Assembly (NCBI RefSeq): GCF_009914755.1
Contig: NC_060927.1
Origin: the human T2T-CHM13v2.0 reference genome, Homo sapiens
Strand: one strand, 5' to 3'
DNA: 64,000 nt
Positions 58,640 to 64,000 of this stretch are shown here, in pieces. The position numbers were made by a program, and so were the translations under genes. The notes below the pieces were generated by a model, which did no database searches, was not told the origin of the DNA, and was given only the letters and a program-made list of their open reading frames with translations. How positions within the stretch are numbered: position 1 is the first letter of the stretch; each line of letters opens with the position of its first letter.

Positions 58640-61130
58640 AATATATGTATATAAATGTTATCTGCTATTTTGTTGCTTTTATTGTCACTTTTATTCTTTT
58701 AATGATGTTCTTTGTAGAGCAGAACATTCTAATGTTGATAAAGTGCAAGTCACTCATCTGTTTTTACTTTGCAGAATGTGTGTGCATGTGTTTGTGCATG
58801 TACCATATGAAGATATCTTTGCCTAACTGATGACCATAAGAATTTTCTACTATATCATCTTCTAGAACTCTTATCATTTTAGATTTTATCTTTCAATATG
58901 TGACCCATTTGCAGGTGATTTTGTATTTTACAACAGTGAAATTAAAGCATTAATATTCACTTTTCCCCCATTTTTGGATATCCAGCTGTTACTGCTTGAA
59001 ATTTCTTAGAAACTTGATCAAAAATCAATTGACCATATATATGTATATCTAATTCTGCATTCTTTGTAATGTTTATTCGATCCATACATTTAATCTCACA
59101 CCATACTACACACTCTTTGGGTAACTTTACGTTTATAGTAAACCTTGAAATAAGTTAACATAAACCCTGTAATTATGGTGGTCAAATTCTTTCAGCTCTC
59201 ATCTTGAAGGTACTTTCAGATTGCCTCTTGTGCAATTTGAACATGCTCTTATTTTCTGAGCTCTTTCTTACTTTGTTCCTAGTATCACAGAAATTCTATG
59301 CCCATCTTGTATATTCCTTCCTCAGCTATGAAATCAACAACCACTTTAGGGATCTCTAGTTCCTTCTGTTTAAGAATTGTATATATAAGCCAGAATCAAG
59401 GTACTAGATGTAATTACTGCTACTGGACTGTCATAGATTTTAGGCCTTATCAGCAGACAGATAGAGAGAGAGAGAAAGAGAGAGAGAGTATTTGTATACA
59501 CTTAAACATATATGTATGTAATACACATACACACAAAGTTTAGTCTATATCTATTTATCTGTTTATATAGTTTAAAAATCTTGAATTCATACTAACTTTA
59601 ATTCTAATTCAACACCACAGAGTTATTCTCGCCTTTTACATTCTTGATGTGTTATTTCTTTCTTCTGTAGTGAGAAACCTGAATCTCATTCTCTACACTT
59701 ACTTATTTGTTTAACCCAGTGAACACACACAGGAGCTACAGAACTGCTAATCAGTATCCTGCGTGGAAAAAAATAAGAATACTAACTAGTTAGTAGCTTC
59801 TTTAGAGTTTTCTATATATACAATAGCTATACCTGTATAATTTTATTTTTTCCTGTCTAATCTGTATACTTTTTTCCATGCTTTATTGCCCTAGACAGTA
59901 TTTCTACATGACATTGCATAAGAGTGATGGGAGATGACATCCTTCTTTCTTCTTCTTATTTTCAATCTTAGAAGAAAACAGTTTTGCCTAACACCATTAA
60001 GTGTGTTAGTATGGTAGTTGTTTTATCTGTCTGATTTTTTTTAGATGCCCATCTTGAAGTTAAAGAAGCTCTCTTTTGCTGACTGTTCTTATTTGAATGA
60101 TTGCTAAATTTTGTCAAATACTTTTCCTTTACCTGTAGAGAGGATCATGTGTGTATTTTCCTCTCTAGTCTGTTAGTGTAATAAATTACACTTATATTCA
60201 AATATTTAATGAGTTTCTCATTCCTGAAATAAGTAACACTTGATAAGGATGTGCTATCCTTTTTACTCTATTGCCGGTTCAATATGCTATTTTTTTCCTT
60301 AGAATTTTTGTGTTGCTATTTATGAAGGACTAGTTTGTAATTTTATTTTTTTCAGTGTCTTTGTTTTGTTTTGGTATTAGAATCATACTGGACCTTAGAA
60401 AATGAGTTGGGAAGTGTTCTATTCTCTTTTTAATTCTGGAAGAGATTGTATAGATTTGGTATTATTTATTAAACATTTGGTAGAATTAGACCTCAAAACT
60501 ATCTGTGGCTGGATTTTTTTGAATGCTTTCAAAAATATGAAATCAATTTCTTTAGTAGCCATAAAATTATGTTTTATTTATTTGTACTTCAGTGAGTTTT
60601 TATAGTTTGTGTCTTTCGGGGAACTGGTCCATTTCATCTAAATTTTCAAATTTGTGGACATGAAGAGTTTTTTTTTTCTGTATTCTCTTATTATCTTATT
60701 AATGTCAGTGGAATAAGTGATGTTTCCTCTTTCATTCCAGATACTGCAATTTCTTTTATCTCTCTTTCATGCTTGGTGAGCCAGCCTGGAAATCTAGCAA
60801 TTACATTATATTTTCAAATACATGCTTTTGATTTCATTGATTTTAATGGCTATTCTTTCAATTTTTTTATTTTTACTCTGAATTTTAATATTTACTTCCT
60901 TCTACTTTCTTGAAGTTTATTTCATACTTGTTTCTCTAGTTGCTTAAGATGAAGTGCAGATTGCTAGCTTTTTTATTTTCTCTTCTATTGTAAGCCAATA
61001 TGTACATTTTTTGTCTATAAAGTATTGCTTTAACTGCATGGTACAAATTTAGGCATAGCATGTTTTCATTTTCATTCAGTTAAATTTATTTTTAGCTTTC
61101 TTTTCTAGGTTCCTGTTTAACTCATTTGTT
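58640..61130 (-). mobile_element. Old L1M (L1ME/MD-like) ORF2 fragments
   Basis: Antisense ORF2-like T-rich sequence (AAAAATCAATTGACCATAT, AAAATGAGTTGGGAAGTGTT, GGTCCATTTCATCTAAATTTTCAAATTTG). An L1MC/MD-like 3' piece sits at ~59190-59780. Confidence 0.75.
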
Positions 61131-61131
61131 A

Positions 61132-61677
61132 CGTTGCAGAAAAAGTTAATATAGCAGGCCTTAGAGGACTATTCTTTAAAAAGGCTGCTTATAAGGTTAG
61201 CCTTGGCTCGTGTTTGAGAACTTGGATTTTGGAAGTCCGTACTATATCCCAATTGATAATGGTGGCTCACTGTGCCTACTTTTTAAATAAAAGCAATGTG
61301 GATTATGCTAAATACTTACTTTGCTTTTGAGATCCTAGAATTTGTGGACATTCTAGACAGAATACCCCTATGTGATCGACCTCTCAATAAAAACCTTGGG
61401 CCCTGAATGCCTAATGAGCTTTCCTGGTAAACAACATTTTAAACAATTTAATGCTATGGAATTAAGTATATTCTGTCTGATTTACCTGGGAGATAATTCC
61501 TGGATGCTTATGCCTAGTTTCTTTGGTCTTCAACCCATTACACATTTTCCTTTTGCTAATTTTAATTTGTATAATTTCACTATAATAAATTATAGCCAAA
61601 GGAGGTCTATATGCTGAGATTGTGAGTTCTCATAGCAAATCACCAAACCTGAGGTTATCTGGAGTATGCCAAATATA
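61132..61677 (+). mobile_element. MER68-like LTR
   Basis: TGCAGAAAAAGTTAATATAGCAGGCC..AAGGTTAGCCTTGGCT..CAATAAAAACCTTGGG..AATGAGCTTTCCTGG. Confidence 0.75.
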
Positions 61678-61694
61678 GGTATTTAAAAGTGTCT

Positions 61695-61944
61695 CATATC
61701 TAGGTCACACTGATGCAAGAGTTGGGCTCCCATGGCCTTGAGTAGCTCTGCCCTTGTGGCTTTGCAGGGCACAACCCCACTCCTGGTACCAATTTATTGT
61801 ATTAGTCTGTTCTCATGCTGCTAATAAAGATAACCACCCCCATGATTCAATTTCCTCCCACTGGGCCCCTCCCATGACACGTGGGGATTATGGGAACTAC
61901 AATTCAAGTTGAGATTTGGCTGGGGACACAGCCAAACTATATCA
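61695..61944 (-). mobile_element. THE1 internal fragment plus internally deleted 5' LTR
   Basis: GGTCACACTGATGCAAGAGTTGGGCTCCCATGG (int), TGGTACCAATTTA (LTR-int junction), and LTR at 61798-61944 ending CCAAACTATATCA. Confidence 0.88.
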
Positions 61945-61998
61945 GTCATACAATATCTTAGTTGAGATATACTAGGCTTGCCTACTGTAGGTCTTAGC

Positions 61999-62360
61999 TT
62001 GGTTTTGGTTTTACAGGCTAATAGGTGGAAGGGACTTTCAGATGAGACTTTGGACTGGGACTTTTGGGTTAATACTGGAATGAGGTAGACTTCAGAGGAC
62101 TGTTGGGGAGGCATGATTCTGTTTTGAAATGTGAGGACATGAGATTTGGGAGGGGCCAGGGGCAGAATGATATAGTTTGCCTGTGTCCCCACCCAAATCT
62201 CATCTTGAATTGTAGTTCCCATAATCCCCACATGTCATGCGAAGGACCTATTGGGAGGTAATTGAATAATGGTGGGGGTGTGTTACCTCCGTGCTGCTCT
62301 TCTCATGATAGTAAGTGAGTTCCCATGAGATCTGATGGTTTTATAAGAATTTTTTTCCTC
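61999..62360 (+). mobile_element. THE1 internal 3' end plus truncated 3' LTR
   Basis: CAGATGAGACTTTGGAC..GAGATTTGGGAGGGGCCAGGGGCAGAA followed by TGATATAGTTTG..GTGTCCCCACCCAAATCTC at 62168. Confidence 0.9.
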
Positions 62361-63677
62361 TTTTGTTTAAGATATGTATATTTTAAACCCTAAAGCAACA
62401 ATTAAAACATTGTAAAAAGAGGTCTATGAAATAAATTAATAGTAAAGATAAAATAAAATCATAAAAAGTGCCTCATTAAATTAAGATGAGGCAGAAAAAT
62501 AGGAAAAATAGACAAATAACAAAAGTATCATATAGAAAAGAGGTGGCAAATTGATAGATTTTACTCAGTCATACAAATAATCTCACCTTTATATAGTTCT
62601 TAGATGTCATATTTACCTATACTTTAAAATATCTTTATATGTATACAACTATATTACATTTAATATTTGGTTCTTGTAAACAGCATATATTTGAGTCTGA
62701 CCAGCTGTCTTATATTTTCTAACATCCATGAAATCACGGTAGGCGAATATGTGAGTTTAAAACTAGGGTAGAATCTCAAACTCTTCATAGTTTATAAAAT
62801 ATCTCTGGGTAGCTTCCTTCTCTCCAATATTATGCCCCAAAATTCTAGCTGCTTCATGCAACCTGAACACTGGTTACTATATGTTTACCTTGATGAGCCC
62901 ACCATTATCTTCTTGGTTTTTCCTTTTCTGTATTTTGGTCCAGAAAATTCCTGAATGTTGAAAGCTGGTGTGATTATAAAGCTGGTCTCCTGTTTGCCAT
63001 CACTCAGGCTCAGAGCCCTGCATTGCCAGTTATCTTTGGTCTGAAAATTATTAAGTCATTATTTCAATTTATTTTCTACAGTTTTCTACTTTTTCAACAT
63101 CAGAAGGGTAGATGTAGGACCTGCTGCTTTTTGACCTTAAAAAAAAAGTATTGACACTACCATTCCATGATATGACTAGAACAGTCAAACTTTACCTCCA
63201 CTTACCCCTCTTGATTTTTATTTTATTAAGCATGTATTTTAAACATTTGAAGACATTAAAATTATTGTTTTGTATAGTTAGTATTTATTCACTTATATTT
63301 ACCTATCTCCTCACTTTTGTTGAATTTCTATTATGTTTTGCATTCTCATGCACAAAGTAGGCATTTTAGGAAGAAAAAGGAAGAATAGAAGGAAGATGGG
63401 GAATGAGTAATGGAAGAAACAAAAGGAAAAAGATATATTCTTCTAATTTAACTCAATGTAACTCATATTTTAACTAAAATTATACAAGTGAATTCTAAGC
63501 AAAAGGATTGGTGGTAAAAGTTGTATAAATATTTACCTTTGAGATTAATGGTATATAAGTGGAACTGAAGTTAACCACAACATCAATGGTTTGGGCTTAC
63601 TGTAAATATTTATTGGAAGGAATCATTCCTACAATTGAATTAAATGTATGGAAGGATTATCAACAAAACACATTGCT

Positions 63678-64000
63678 ATAATTCTATACCTAGAAAACCC
63701 TAAAGACTGCCAAAAGGCTCCTGGAACTGGCAAATGACTTCAGTGAATTTCAGGATACAGAATAAATGTACAAAAATTGGTAGCAGTTCTATACACCAAT
63801 AACATTCAAACTGAGAGACCAATAAAGAATACAGTCCCACTTACAAGACCCACACACACACAAAAGCACCTAGCAATACATCTAGCCAAGGAGGTAAAAG
63901 AGCTCATTAAGGAAAACTACAAAACACTTTTGAAATAAATCATAGATGACACAAACAAATGCAAAAATGTTTCATGCTCATGAATTGGAAGAATTAATAT
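63678..64000 (+). mobile_element. L1PA15-16/L1PB ORF2 fragment running off the window
   Basis: ATTCTATACCTAGAAAACCCTAAAGAC..CAGGATACA..AATGTACAAAAA..CATGCTCATGAATTGGAAGAAT. Confidence 0.9.

Overview
AT-rich primate genomic DNA, probably human or another hominoid given AluY and L1PA3-type elements. It is intronic or intergenic and dominated by transposable-element fossils. I cannot support any host protein-coding gene, RNA gene or CRISPR array. The ORF-track entries are TE remnants (L1 ORF2, Tigger1 transposase, Alu/LTR frames) or chance ORFs. Recognisable elements are a full-length Tigger1, about 11 Alus, MaLR/ERVL/ERV1 LTRs, several L1/L2/MIR fragments, and MER1/MER20/Tigger2a. There is also a two-LTR degenerate ERV1-class provirus with PBS(Gln), gag, RT and PPT remnants that the ORF track does not show. 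I found no convincing new biological system. The most notable signals are footprints of DNA-copying mechanisms: a twin-primed L1PA insertion with a 24-bp inverted duplication, a ~90-bp locally templated insertion at an L1 5' junction, a perfect 26-bp inverted repeat around a microsatellite, and a scrambled THE1/L1 block. Family names come from recalled consensus sequences, not from a database search, and the edges of old repeats are approximate.
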